Origin: an uncultured Akkermansia sp.
GTDB taxonomy: Bacteria; Verrucomicrobiota; Verrucomicrobiia; Verrucomicrobiales; V1-33
Direction of reading: 5' to 3'
DNA length: 64,000 bases
Assembly (NCBI GenBank): GCA_964523105.1
Contig: CAZFZN010000031.1
Coordinates: 17,683 to 81,682, forward strand
The stretch's first letter is position 1. Each line of letters starts with the position of its first letter. A program made the position numbers and the translations under genes. Shown one piece after another: positions 1 through 10,902 of this stretch. The notes under the pieces are model-generated. The model searched no databases, was not told where the DNA came from, and saw nothing but the letters and a program-made list of their open reading frames with translations.

Positions 1-1
1 C

Positions 2-1543
2 GACAAGCGCCCCAACGTGCTCATCATCGCGAGCGATTCGCTGCGCGCCGATCATCTTTCCATCAACGGATACCGCCGCCTCACCTCGCCGAACATCGAC
101 GCTCTGGCCAAAGAGTCGGTGAACTTCACCAAATGCTTCACCCCCATAGCGAGCACCGTCGAGAGCCTCACCACCATGATGAGCGGCCAGTATCCGCACA
201 CCCACGGGCTGCAGCACATGTTTCCCAACCGCCAGCAGGTCGAGAAAGTGAGAACCGAAAGTCCCGCGCTGGCGAAAATCCTGCGCGAGCACGGCTACGA
301 CACCGCCGTGATGGGCGACTGGTGCGCCGGGGTCTATGACATGCTGCCCATGGGCTTTGAAAAAGTGGACGCGACCACGTTCGACAACTTCAAGCTCTAC
401 ATGAGTCAGGCGGTCTATCTCGCGCATCCGGTGATGCCGCTCTATTTCGACAATCCGGTCGGCTACTGGCTGTTTCCCAAACTGGAAAGCAGCGCCTTCT
501 TTGTGACGCCTGATGTGGTGACCGACCGCGTCGTGGACCGGCTCGCCGATCAGGCAAAGAGCGAAAAACCCTTCTTCTGGAAGGTCTTCTATTCCTGCAC
601 GCACATCCCCTACAACGCGCCGCCGGAATTCGCAAAGAAGTTCACCGACGCCAACTACAAGGGCGAGCACAAGCACCAGTTCAATTTCGATGTGAACAAG
701 TGGATCGGCACCATCGACATGGCGGACAAATGGAGAACCACGCGCAAAGAGGACGTGGAGCAAATCATAGGGCTCTACGACGGTGGCGTGGCGAAGTTCG
801 ACGACTGCGTGCGCCGCGTGGTGGAGCAGCTCAAGGCGACCGGCCAGTACGAGAACACGATCATTCTCGTCACTTCCGATCACGGCGACGACTTGTTCGA
901 GCCCAACTGCACGTTCGGTCACGGCATCAGCTTCAACGGCGGCGATCAGAACAACAACATCCCCGCCGTGCTGCGCGTGCCCGGCATGACAGACAAAGCC
1001 CGCAGCGTTCCGAAAATCGTGCGCACGCTCGACTTCGCGCCCACTATTCTCGACCTCTGCGGGCTGCCGCGCGACCCGCGCATGGAGGGCGTGAGTCTCC
1101 GCCCCTACGTGGAGCAGACTGCAGAAGACCTCGGGCTGGCCTTCTTCGGTGAAACTTCCTATCTTTTCTGTAAGCGCTACATTCCGGGCGAGAAGCCGCT
1201 CTACAATCCGCCCATGGTCAGCACGACCTTCATCGACGAGACCTTCGACTGCCATTTCGTGCTCAAGGACGAATACCAGCCGCGCATTCTCGAAACCAAA
1301 GAGCGCTGCCTGCGCACGGAAAGGTGGAAGTTCGTCTTCACGCCCGGCGAGCATCGCGACATCAAGCGCCTCTATGACCTTGAGAAAGACCCGCACTGCC
1401 TCAAAGACGTCAGCGCGCTCAATCCGCAGGTCTTTCGCATCATGGACGAACGCCTCATGGCGTGGATGCGGCAGCGCAAGGAGAGCACCATCCCGGAGAT
1501 TTTCCCCGAAGGCGAACCTCTCCCGAACCGGCCGGCCGCGTAA
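2..1543 (+). CDS. Sulfatase-fold hydrolase/transferase (alkaline-phosphatase superfamily); 5' end cut by window edge
   Basis: ORF 17..1543 stays open in frame back to nt 2 (DKRPNVLIIASDSLRADHL). The N-terminal metal-binding motif, TSDHGD and C-terminal LYDLEKDP are typical of the sulfatase fold. Where canonical sulfatases carry C/S-x-P-x-R, this protein reads A-S-T-V-E. Confidence 0.75.
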   Translation, partial: DKRPNVLIIASDSLRADHLSINGYRRLTSPNIDALAKESVNFTKCFTPIASTVESLTTMMSGQYPHTHGLQHMFPNRQQVEKVRTESPALAKILREHGYDTAVMGDWCAGVYDMLPMGFEKVDATTFDNFKLYMSQAVYLAHPVMPLYFDNPVGYWLFPKLESSAFFVTPDVVTDRVVDRLADQAKSEKPFFWKVFYSCTHIPYNAPPEFAKKFTDANYKGEHKHQFNFDVNKWIGTIDMADKWRTTRKEDVEQIIGLYDGGVAKFDDCVRRVVEQLKATGQYENTIILVTSDHGDDLFEPNCTFGHGISFNGGDQNNNIPAVLRVPGMTDKARSVPKIVRTLDFAPTILDLCGLPRDPRMEGVSLRPYVEQTAEDLGLAFFGETSYLFCKRYIPGEKPLYNPPMVSTTFIDETFDCHFVLKDEYQPRILETKERCLRTERWKFVFTPGEHRDIKRLYDLEKDPHCLKDVSALNPQVFRIMDERLMAWMRQRKESTIPEIFPEGEPLPNRPAA

Positions 1544-1570
1544 CGGGGTCGCTGATTGAATCGACGGATC

Positions 1571-1632
1571 GCAGCGTGGACCTCCGGTCCACCCGCATCA
1601 CCCGCTTCATGTGGACCGGAGGTCCACGCTAC
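1571..1632. repeat. Inverted doublet of AGC-headed hairpin units (REPIN/BIME-like); right unit plus T-run probably terminates the upstream gene
   Basis: 1571 GCAGC-GTGGACC-tcc-GGTCCAC 1592, then an 18-nt spacer, then 1611 GTGGACC-gga-GGTCCAC-GCTAC 1632 followed by tttt. The arms are reverse complements except for one base in the head (GCAGC vs GTAGC). Confidence 0.8.
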
Positions 1633-1802
1633 TTTTCCCTGCGAACGCATGCCCCGGCGCTGCCTGAGCGCCGCCCCTTCCCCTGCTTCTTGCGTCCACA
1701 CGCCGCCGGTCCCGCGGCAGAGCACCGCCGGCCGGGATTGCCCGACTCCTCCATTCCAGATTCTTGCTTGAGGTTGTTGAGAATGGTGTATTTTCAGGAA
1801 TT

Positions 1803-2459
1803 ATGAAATCTCTTCCGATTCGCCGCTTGGTGTCCCCCTTATGCGCCCTCGTCGCCTCGCTGCTGACGTGGTCAGCAGCGCCGGCTGCGGCTCAGTCGGC
1901 CAAGCCTGACAAATCCGCCAAAACGTCCGCTTCCAAAGCCGCGGCTGCCAAGACCGGTGCCAAAACATCATCAAAGCCAGGCACTCCGACGAAATTCGAC
2001 CAGCACCTGGCGGCCCACATGAAACTCTTCCGCGTGCTCAGCCACTATGCGGAGGCGCTCTCGGAAGCGAAGGACGCCGCCACGGCGCATGCCGCCGTGA
2101 CCAAACTGGAAGGAATCACCCGGGATGCCATCACCGCCGGGGAGGAAATCGTCAAACTGGGCAAGCCGGACGCTCAGCTGGAAGCCAAACTCGCGGTCAA
2201 TCCCGACCTCAAAATGACTGCGCAAACCGTCGCCGAGCAAACGCGCACCGCGGTCAAATCGCTCGCGGAGAATGCCGAGGTCAAAGCCATTCTCGCTCCC
2301 TCGGTGGAGAACTTTCAGGCGGCGCTCAACCGGGTGCAGGAAGCGGCCGACGAACCATCCGAACCGGCGAAGGAAGCACCGGCGACACCCGCGGCCAAAC
2401 CGGATTCCCCGCAACCCGCCAGCGAAGCGACATCGGTCCCGCCTCCACCGCCGCAATGA
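1803..2459 (+). CDS. Secreted A/K/E/P-rich protein of unknown function
   Basis: ATG at 1803 gives the signal peptide MKSLPIRRLVSPLCALVASLLTWSAAPAAAQ. The body is helical and the C-terminus is proline-rich. Codons are GC3-rich. Confidence 0.6.
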   Translation: MKSLPIRRLVSPLCALVASLLTWSAAPAAAQSAKPDKSAKTSASKAAAAKTGAKTSSKPGTPTKFDQHLAAHMKLFRVLSHYAEALSEAKDAATAHAAVTKLEGITRDAITAGEEIVKLGKPDAQLEAKLAVNPDLKMTAQTVAEQTRTAVKSLAENAEVKAILAPSVENFQAALNRVQEAADEPSEPAKEAPATPAAKPDSPQPASEATSVPPPPPQ

Positions 2460-2523
2460 AAACCCGGCGGCGTCCGCCGGCAAACCTCTCTTGCGCGCTC
2501 CACAGCACGCGCCTTTGAATGAA

Positions 2524-2558
2524 CAGCCGCCCCTCACCGGGCGGCTGATTCTTTTCCC
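2524..2558 (+). terminator. Intrinsic-terminator-like hairpin abutting the lpdA start
   Basis: cagccgccc-ctcacc-gggcggctg (9-bp stem) followed by attcttttcc. The T-run ends about 8 nt before the lpdA ATG at 2564. Confidence 0.55.
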
Positions 2559-2563
2559 TCATC

Positions 2564-3952
<1,389 letters not shown>

Positions 3953-3955
3953 CCT

Positions 3956-3985
3956 GTAGCACGGTCATGCCGTCAGGCTGGCCGT
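3956..3985 (+). repeat. Single GTAGC-headed hairpin unit directly after the lpdA stop (REP-like, possible terminator)
   Basis: GTAGC-ACGGTCA-tgccgtcaggc-TGGCCGT then gcttt. Nearly identical to the units at 41888..41972. Confidence 0.7.
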
Positions 3986-4071
3986 GCTTTCACTGCGTTC
4001 GGACAACTAAACAGGCGCGGACGTGTGAGCGCGGACTTGCTGCGGGCAGAATCGCGGGCATTATCCGTGCC

Positions 4072-4641
4072 ATGAGTGCTCTCGCTGCCCAGAAGTTCAT
4101 CACCGTCGAGGAATACCTCGACGGTGAGCAGCGCGGCGAGGTGAAGCACGAATATATTGGCGGCTCCGTCTTCGCGATGGCGGGGGCTTCCAGGTCGCAC
4201 AATGCCATCGCCGGCAATCTTTACGGAGAGCTTCGCCCGCATCTGCGCGGAGGCCCCTGCCGGGCATACATCGGTGATGTGAAAGTGCGTCTCCTCATCC
4301 GTAAGGTGGACATCTTCTACTATCCCGACCTTGTCGTTGGTTGCGATGAGCGTGATACCGACGAGTATTTCCTGCGCTTTCCGAAACTCATCATTGAGGT
4401 CCTTTCCCCGGCGACAGAGCGCGTGGATCGCCGTGAGAAGCTGCTTAGTTACATTTCGATTCCAACTCTGGAGGAATACGTGCTTGTCGCTCAGGAGACG
4501 CCTGCGGTGACGGTTTACCGGAAGCGCACCGACTGGCAGCCGGAGTCAGTGATCGGGTTGGATGCGGTGCTGCGGCTTGAGAGCGTGGACTTCTCCATCC
4601 CGCTCCGGTTGCTCTATGAGAACGTTGATGGCCTGGTCTGA
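4072..4641 (+). CDS. Uma2-family (DUF820) PD-(D/E)xK endonuclease-like protein
   Basis: Only the last 189 codons of ORF 3250..4641 are credible, because the upstream part overlaps lpdA out of frame. ATG at 4072 gives MSALAAQKFITVEEYL. Family hallmarks are present: xEEY, YYPDLVV, IIEVLSPAT..DR..K and EEYVLV. Confidence 0.85.
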   Translation: MSALAAQKFITVEEYLDGEQRGEVKHEYIGGSVFAMAGASRSHNAIAGNLYGELRPHLRGGPCRAYIGDVKVRLLIRKVDIFYYPDLVVGCDERDTDEYFLRFPKLIIEVLSPATERVDRREKLLSYISIPTLEEYVLVAQETPAVTVYRKRTDWQPESVIGLDAVLRLESVDFSIPLRLLYENVDGLV

Positions 4642-4695
4642 TCTCTGCGGGGATCGCTCGCTTGCCCGCCACCGCTTCACGGAAACAATGGCTTC

Positions 4696-4959
4696 ATGGC
4701 CGCCCGCAATGACCAGCCGCTCACCGGCAGTGCTCTCGTCAAGGAAGTCTGCCGCCGCATCCGGCTCGCGCGCAGCCGCTGGAAGGATCATAACAACGCC
4801 GCCTGCCGCGCCGAGCGGGAGAAGGCACTCGCGCTGTACCACACCCTGACGGATGCGGAGAAGGACCGGATCCCGCAGGAACTCCGCGTGTGGCTCCGCT
4901 ACCGCAGCGAAAAATACTTCGGCCCCGGGCGCACCCCGCCGGGAAGAGGGCGGCGGTAA
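4696..4959 (+). CDS. Hypothetical small basic protein (87 aa)
   Basis: GC3-biased codons and a non-repetitive sequence. No family recognised. Confidence 0.4.
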   Translation: MAARNDQPLTGSALVKEVCRRIRLARSRWKDHNNAACRAEREKALALYHTLTDAEKDRIPQELRVWLRYRSEKYFGPGRTPPGRGRR

Positions 4960-5095
4960 CCCTTATAGCGGGAATGACATGACAGCGGGACGGTGTTCAG
5001 CTTTCAGTTGAGGCCACCGCATGCTGGATAGCCGGAGGTCAAACCCGCGCCACCTGGCGCTGCTCGCCGTTTATTCTGAGAAGGGAAATCGAACG

Positions 5096-5217
5096 ACGGA
5101 TGGACCGGAGGAACACGGACCCTCAGCAAGTTGTGTCCACATGAAACCTCATCCCGCGAGTGAATCCGAATTCATGCGTCAATCCGTGTTGATCGGTGTC
5201 CATTTGGCTCATCGATT
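5096..5217. repeat. Inverted arrays of degenerate ~10-nt tandem units (TCCGTGTNCA family)
   Basis: 5096 acggatggaccggaggaacacggac 5120 faces 5162..5217, which contains atccgtgttgatcggtgtccatttgg. The same unit occurs at 37841..37960. Confidence 0.5.
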
Positions 5218-5478
5218 GAGATGAAGCGTTCGCCTGTTGCCTGCGGTTTTCTCCGCGGCGCTCCGGTTCCCTTCGGCCGGCGATGGTTCCTTTCCTCCCC
5301 ATTTTTCTTTTCAGGTTAAGGGGTTCCGTGACCCGTCCTCTGCAGCGCTGTTGCTCTCTGGAAGACATACAGCCCCGCAGGCGAGGCGGCGAACCAGCCG
5401 TGCCCACGCGCTGCGCCCAGCGACTCTCCCTCTGCACCGCAAGCTTCCCGGCGGGTCGCAGGAACCGGCATCCCGGGA

Positions 5479-6243
5479 TCAGAAGGCCGGCGGGGCCGGA
5501 AAACGGCGGAGGAGGTCTGCCATCAATTCTTCCACGGTGAGCAGCCGAACGCCTTCCGGAGTTTGCCAGCCGGTATGCAGCGGCGCAGGCACGGTGAGGC
5601 GCAGGCCGGCGGCTTTCATCTCCTCCAGCTGCGCGCGCGACATCTCCGGCTGGAGCGTCAGCAGGTCCTTCACCACGACGCGTTTGCCTTCATTGAGCAC
5701 CTGACGCCAGCGGTCCTTGCAGGTCGTCTTCAGCGCCAGCACCGCCAGCTTCTCCGCCGGATGGGCTTTGTTTTCGTAGGCCGCCTGTCCTGGAAGCAGC
5801 ACGTCGGGCCTTACCTTGCCATCCACCGTGGCACTCATTTCAAAGGCGATGCCGCGCTCCCGCAGCAGGTGCTCCACGTGATATTCCAGGCTGTGTCCGG
5901 CACGGGACTTGCGCCGGTTGGTAATCGTCTCCGCGGTTTCCAGAAATTCATCCACACTCGCGAACTTCCGCTGCACCCGGTCGGCACAGACACGCGACTC
6001 GATCGCCCGAAACAGCGCAAACTCGGCTTCGACCCATGCGAGAAGCCGGTCGTCAGCCGGCTGCTTCCTCAATTCCGGAGTCACCTCCGCCACGCCGCGC
6101 CGGGCCAGTTCCGCCATGTCGCGTCCGGACGGAAAGTCGGTGTGCTTTGCCGCTTCCTGCTGCGCCCATGTCTCGTAGTGTCCGCCCGCCGCTCCCCGCT
6201 GGAGGAGCAACCCGAGCAGGAGCACGGCGACGAATCGGAACAT
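5479..6243 (-). CDS. EcoRII-C-domain type II restriction-endonuclease-like protein (catalytic domain only)
   Basis: NRRKSRAGHSLEYHVEHLL, VRPDVLLP, LALKTTCKDRWRQVLNEG and KDLLTLQ..Q.EEM match my memory of the EcoRII C-terminal catalytic domain. The start is uncertain. The first 22 codons (MFRFVAVLLLGLLLQRGAAGG) look like a signal peptide, and an alternative ATG lies at 6117. Confidence 0.75.
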   Translation of the reverse strand: MFRFVAVLLLGLLLQRGAAGGHYETWAQQEAAKHTDFPSGRDMAELARRGVAEVTPELRKQPADDRLLAWVEAEFALFRAIESRVCADRVQRKFASVDEFLETAETITNRRKSRAGHSLEYHVEHLLRERGIAFEMSATVDGKVRPDVLLPGQAAYENKAHPAEKLAVLALKTTCKDRWRQVLNEGKRVVVKDLLTLQPEMSRAQLEEMKAAGLRLTVPAPLHTGWQTPEGVRLLTVEELMADLLRRFPAPPAF

Positions 6244-6389
6244 GGGCCCGAGTATGCCCCGGGCGCGGGCGGCGTCAATTCGCGGATGCAGCCGCCGCCA
6301 TCTTCAGAGGGAACTCCCGTCGGCACCGCGGGAAATTCCGCACAATTGAGCGAGGCAGCCGGAGATTTTCCGATAATCTCTGAGGCACC

Positions 6390-9300
6390 ATGTCTCATCC
6401 GCCCTCCGCAGCACAGCCCAGCCCCGCCACTTCCGGTGATCCGGCGGCGGAGAACTGTCGCGACTGCGGGCAGCCGCTGCCGCCGGGTGCGGCGCAGGGG
6501 TTTTGTCCCCACTGCGTCTTCAAGGAAATGGACGACACCCTGGGCGATGATCCCGCGGCTCTCTTTGAAGCCGTCCCGCTGCGCCACATGGGCGAGTATG
6601 AGTTGCTGGAAATCATCGGCCGCGGCGGCATGGGCACGGTGTATCGCGCGCAACACACGGCCACCGGCGCCATCCGCGCGCTGAAGATGATCTCCGCGGG
6701 GGAACTGGCCTCACCCGCCGCGCGCCGCCGCTTCATGCAGGAAGCCGCGGCGGCGGCCGGTCTGCAGCATCCGAATATCGTCACCATTCACGAAACCGCC
6801 TCTCAGGACGGCATGCCGTACTACGTCATGGATTATGTGCCCGGGCGCACTCTGGCGGATGCGGTGAAGGAAAAGCCGATGCCGCCGCACGCCGCCGCAG
6901 CCTGCATGGCGAAAGTGGCTTCCGCCGTGCAGCAGGCGCACGACCAGGGCGTGCTCCACCGCGATTTGAAACCGTCGAACATCCTGCTCGACCGCATGGA
7001 GGAGCCGCACGTGACCGACTTCGGACTCGCACGGCGGATGCACGGCGACAGTTCCCTGACCGGCTCCATGCAGATCCTCGGCTCGCCCTCGTGGATGTCC
7101 CCGGAGCAGGCTGCCGGCGGGGGCAAGCGGATCACGACCGCGGCCGACATTTATTCCCTCGGCGCGATACTCTATCATTTGCTCACGGGCCGGCCTCCGT
7201 TCGCCGGAGAATCGCCCCAGGCCACACTGCGTCTGGTGACGGATGCCGAGCCGGTCCCGCCGCGTCGCATCGTACCGTCCATTCCCCGCGAACTGGAAAC
7301 GGTGACGCTGAAGTGCCTCGAAAAAAATCCGGCGCGCCGCTACGTCTCGGCCACGGCCCTGGCGCAGGAACTGGAGCGCTTCCTGCAGGGGGACCCGGTG
7401 CTGGCGCGGCCGGTGGGTTTCGCCGGCCGGTGGTGCCGCCGCGCGCGGCGGAATCCCGCCCTGACAACCATGGCGGCGCTGCTGGCTGCCGGTGCGCTCG
7501 GCGGCCTGACGTGGATTCTCCACAGCAATCAGCAACTCCGCCGCAGCGACGCGGACAAGACCACGGTGCTCACGGAAAAGGAGGCGACGCTTGCGGAATC
7601 GCTGCTCTGGCAGGCGGAGTTCCAGCGGCTCACGGGACGTCAGGGTCAGCGGGAGGGCAGCCTCGCCGCCCTGCGCGAAGCGCTTAAACTTCCCCTCACA
7701 CCGGAGCAGCTCGTGCGCGCCCGCAGCGCCGCCGTTTCCGCGCTGGCGCTGCCGGACGCGACCTTCGTGCCGCAGCCGGAACTGCCCGTGCCGGAGCGCC
7801 CGGAACTCGCGGTCGCCAACCGTTATGGCCGGCGCTATGCCTGCGCGACGCCTGACGGAAAAGTCACCGTCGTGGACATTTCCACCGGCAGGGTGGAATC
7901 CGTCCACGATGTCTCGCCAAGAAAAATCGATGCCCTGCTGCACTGGAGTCTCGACGGAAACTTTCTCGCCTATCGCTTTGACGGCACGCGCATCGGCCTC
8001 GTGAGCATGGTGCTCGTCCCGTCGGTCATGAATGCCGATGTCTGGGAGCACCCCCGCGAGGCGCGGGCCAACCAGGTCATCTTCCAGCCCTATACACCGA
8101 ACCAGGCGGTGCGCCCGTGGCGCTTCATGCATCCGGAGAAAAACGGTGACATCGCCGTGCGCGAAGCCATCAGCGGCGTCGTGTACCGCCGCGTGGACTG
8201 CCCGCCGGGGGTTCCGCCGGAATGGAGTGCGCTGGGATATTCCCTGACAAAGAACCTGCTCGCCGCCGCCTCGCGCAGCCGGCGCGAAATCTGCGTCTGG
8301 AACATGGACGCCAGCCCGGAGCAGATCGAATGCATCCTTCCCTGCAGCGCCACCGTGGAGGCTCTGGAGTGGGAGAACCTTGAGAACTGGCTGCTGGCGG
8401 GCGATGAAGAGGGACGCGTCACGGCGTGGAACATCAAGACCCGCAAGCCGCAGGCGGTGTTCGAGGGGCACACCCAGCCGGTCATCAGCATCGTCAGCGG
8501 GGCCACGCACAACTACCGCCACATCTCCTCCTCCACCGACGGCACCATCCGGCTGTGGGACCGCAGCGCACAGCGTCCGGTCCTGACACTTCCCGGGAAC
8601 AGTGTCAGTCTGAGCCTGAACCGCGATGAAAGCCGCGTGGGTCCCGTCTCCCACGACGGAAAAACCGGGTGGTATTCCCTCAAGTGGCCTAACGTGATCA
8701 CGACACTCAATCCGGCGCAGAAATCCGACGGAGTGCGCATGTGCGCGGGCACACCTTTCGGACTGCTGACCGCTTCGCTGACCGGGGAGGCCGCGGTGGT
8801 CTGGAAGACGCGGCCTCCCAGCGGTCATTACATTCTGCTGCCGCACGAGCAGCCCTCCGGCCTGGCCTTTCATCCGGCGGAGGGCAGAAGACTTTTCGTC
8901 GCCGCGGCCGACGGACTGCACTGGCACGACATCGAGCCGCTCGGCAAAGGAACCACCGGCCTGCCGCTGCTCCGCGGCTCCCGGCGGCTGCTCAGCGGAG
9001 GCTTCACAGACGTGGCGTTTCAGCCGTCCGGCACTCTCGCGGCCCTGGTGCGCAGTGAGCCCGCCGTTCTGGAGTTGCGGCACTTGAACATCGTCACCCT
9101 GGAAATCAGCGAGCCCGTGTGGTCCGCCCCCGCGCCGGCCGGCCTGCGCTGTGTGTTTTCGCCGGACGGCAAGTGGCTCGCCGCGGGCGCCCCCGGGGCA
9201 CCGGATGTGAAGATTCTGGAGTCGGGCACCGGATCGCCCGTCGCCTCCCTGGAGGTGCCGCCGCGCCGGGGCAACTGGCTGCCCGCATTCAGCCGCGACG

Positions 9301-9665
9301 GCGTCTGGCTTTGCTGCAGCGGACGCACCGCCCATCTGTTCAAGTGCGGCGACTGGCAAAACGCCGTCCCGCTGCCGGTGCCCGCCAACCAAAGTCAGGG
9401 CCGGGGCTCCGCTTTCATCTTCACCCGCGACAACGACAACTGGATCGCCGTGACCGGCGCCGATGAGGAAGTGCATCTCTTCCGCGTCGCGCATCCGCCG
9501 GAGAAACTCGCGGTGCTCCGCGCTCCCCAGGGCGGCTCCATCGGGTGGCTGACACTCTGCGCCGGCGGCCAAATCTGCGCCGCCGCTCCCCGGGGCGAAG
9601 TCCAGATCTGGCCCATGTCCGTCGTCCGCAACGAAGTCGAGGCGCTGGGCTTGAAATGGAAGTGA
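6390..9665 (+). CDS. Ser/Thr protein kinase with N-terminal zinc ribbon, one TM helix and a C-terminal WD40/beta-propeller region
   Basis: Zinc ribbon CRDCGQPL..FCPHCVF. Kinase motifs GRGGMGTVYRA, HRDLKPSNILL, DFGLAR and SPSWMSPEQ. TM helix ALTTMAALLAAGALGGLTWIL. WD-like repeats (GHTQPV, DGTIRLWD). Confidence 0.9.
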   Translation: MSHPPSAAQPSPATSGDPAAENCRDCGQPLPPGAAQGFCPHCVFKEMDDTLGDDPAALFEAVPLRHMGEYELLEIIGRGGMGTVYRAQHTATGAIRALKMISAGELASPAARRRFMQEAAAAAGLQHPNIVTIHETASQDGMPYYVMDYVPGRTLADAVKEKPMPPHAAAACMAKVASAVQQAHDQGVLHRDLKPSNILLDRMEEPHVTDFGLARRMHGDSSLTGSMQILGSPSWMSPEQAAGGGKRITTAADIYSLGAILYHLLTGRPPFAGESPQATLRLVTDAEPVPPRRIVPSIPRELETVTLKCLEKNPARRYVSATALAQELERFLQGDPVLARPVGFAGRWCRRARRNPALTTMAALLAAGALGGLTWILHSNQQLRRSDADKTTVLTEKEATLAESLLWQAEFQRLTGRQGQREGSLAALREALKLPLTPEQLVRARSAAVSALALPDATFVPQPELPVPERPELAVANRYGRRYACATPDGKVTVVDISTGRVESVHDVSPRKIDALLHWSLDGNFLAYRFDGTRIGLVSMVLVPSVMNADVWEHPREARANQVIFQPYTPNQAVRPWRFMHPEKNGDIAVREAISGVVYRRVDCPPGVPPEWSALGYSLTKNLLAAASRSRREICVWNMDASPEQIECILPCSATVEALEWENLENWLLAGDEEGRVTAWNIKTRKPQAVFEGHTQPVISIVSGATHNYRHISSSTDGTIRLWDRSAQRPVLTLPGNSVSLSLNRDESRVGPVSHDGKTGWYSLKWPNVITTLNPAQKSDGVRMCAGTPFGLLTASLTGEAAVVWKTRPPSGHYILLPHEQPSGLAFHPAEGRRLFVAAADGLHWHDIEPLGKGTTGLPLLRGSRRLLSGGFTDVAFQPSGTLAALVRSEPAVLELRHLNIVTLEISEPVWSAPAPAGLRCVFSPDGKWLAAGAPGAPDVKILESGTGSPVASLEVPPRRGNWLPAFSRDGVWLCCSGRTAHLFKCGDWQNAVPLPVPANQSQGRGSAFIFTRDNDNWIAVTGADEEVHLFRVAHPPEKLAVLRAPQGGSIGWLTLCAGGQICAAAPRGEVQIWPMSVVRNEVEALGLKWK

Positions 9666-9668
9666 GCC

Positions 9669-10736
9669 TCACTCACGCTCGATGACCGAGCGATAGGCTC
9701 CGGAACGCACCGCTGTCGCAAGGGCGGCATGCAGCAGCGATTTTTCCGTCACCGTGCGGTGCACCCGCGCCACCGGTCGCGCGAGGCCCAGAAAGAGATG
9801 CCCTGACGATTCCGCACCTGACACGATTTCCAGCAGGCGCGCCGCGGCGAGGGCTCCGGTCAGCCCGGGAAAAATGAGCACATTGGCACGGCCGGCGACC
9901 GCGCTGCCCGGGGCCTTCAATGCCGCCGCCGCCGGATCGAGGGCCGTATCCATTTCAAACTCGCCGTCGATTTCCATGGCGAGGAATTCACGCCTCGCGA
10001 GATCGCGCGCCATCTCCGTCGCCGCCGCGACGCGCCGGGACACGGCGTCCTGCACACTGCCGCGCGTGGAATGACTGATCATGGCCACACGGGGTTTCGC
10101 TCCTGTCAGGAGCTGCGCCGCCCGGGCCGTCTCGACCGCGAGCATGGCGAGTTGCGGCACGGTCGGTTTGGGAAGAATGGCGCAGTCCGCCAGAAACAGC
10201 GTGCCGTGAATGCCGAGGTCCGGCCGCTGCGCCAGGGTCAGCGGCAGGCAGCTGCCCACGGCATCCGCGCCCGGCAGCCGCTTCAACATGTGAAAAATGG
10301 CGCGATAGAACGCCGCCGGCAGCGTGACGTTGCCGCCCACCAGCCCGTCCGCATAGCCATACTGCAGCATCATCGCCGCGTAATAAACCGGCTTCACCAT
10401 CACGTCAGCGGGCTCGGCGCCTTTCACTTTCCGGTAGCGGCTGATGCGGCGGTAACGCTCGCAGAACAAAGTGAAATCCGCGCTCTGCTCCGGCTCCAGC
10501 ACCCCGATGAACTCGAGTTCGATCTTCAGGGACTTGGCCAATTTCTGAATTTCCGCGCGCCGGCCCAGAAGGATCGGGGCCACGCATTCCAGCCGCACCA
10601 GTTCGGCCGCCACCCGCAGCACGCGCGGATCGTTTCCGTCAGGAAAGACGATGCGTTTCGGGTGACGCCGCAGGTGACGCACCAGCGGAGCGGCAAAGGC
10701 ACCGGCGGCGTCAGGGTTCGAGTGGGTGGAAATCAT
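9669..10736 (-). CDS. Phosphate acetyl/butyryl-transferase family protein
   Basis: 355 aa. RIVFPDGNDPRVLRVAAEL, MISHSTRGS and LIFPGL resemble PTA_PTB family motifs. Confidence 0.8.
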   Translation of the reverse strand: MISTHSNPDAAGAFAAPLVRHLRRHPKRIVFPDGNDPRVLRVAAELVRLECVAPILLGRRAEIQKLAKSLKIELEFIGVLEPEQSADFTLFCERYRRISRYRKVKGAEPADVMVKPVYYAAMMLQYGYADGLVGGNVTLPAAFYRAIFHMLKRLPGADAVGSCLPLTLAQRPDLGIHGTLFLADCAILPKPTVPQLAMLAVETARAAQLLTGAKPRVAMISHSTRGSVQDAVSRRVAAATEMARDLARREFLAMEIDGEFEMDTALDPAAAALKAPGSAVAGRANVLIFPGLTGALAAARLLEIVSGAESSGHLFLGLARPVARVHRTVTEKSLLHAALATAVRSGAYRSVIERE

Positions 10737-10902
10737 GGGGGAGTCCGGGAGCGACCTGTGCCGCCGCGTGCCTGAACCTCAAGCATGAACCCGCCGCTGG
10801 AAAGCACGGGCCGAACAGCGCCCGCAGACGTGGGCATGGACACGGCGGCGCCCGGGCGGTAATCGCCCCCTTCCCCCCGCAACCCTCAGCCATCCTTCTC
10901 TC

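Noticed and set aside
5237-5704. 155-aa plus-strand ORF in the gap downstream of the nuclease gene, and ORF 5123..5437 (-)
   Set aside because: Both are R/S/P-rich, partly antisense to the nuclease gene, and include repeat-derived peptides (MDTDQHG type).
6711-9572. 953-aa ORF antisense to the Ser/Thr kinase gene
   Set aside because: It is a typical high-GC shadow ORF. Its translation is R/G/A/P-rich with no motifs, while the opposite strand has clear kinase and WD40 motifs.
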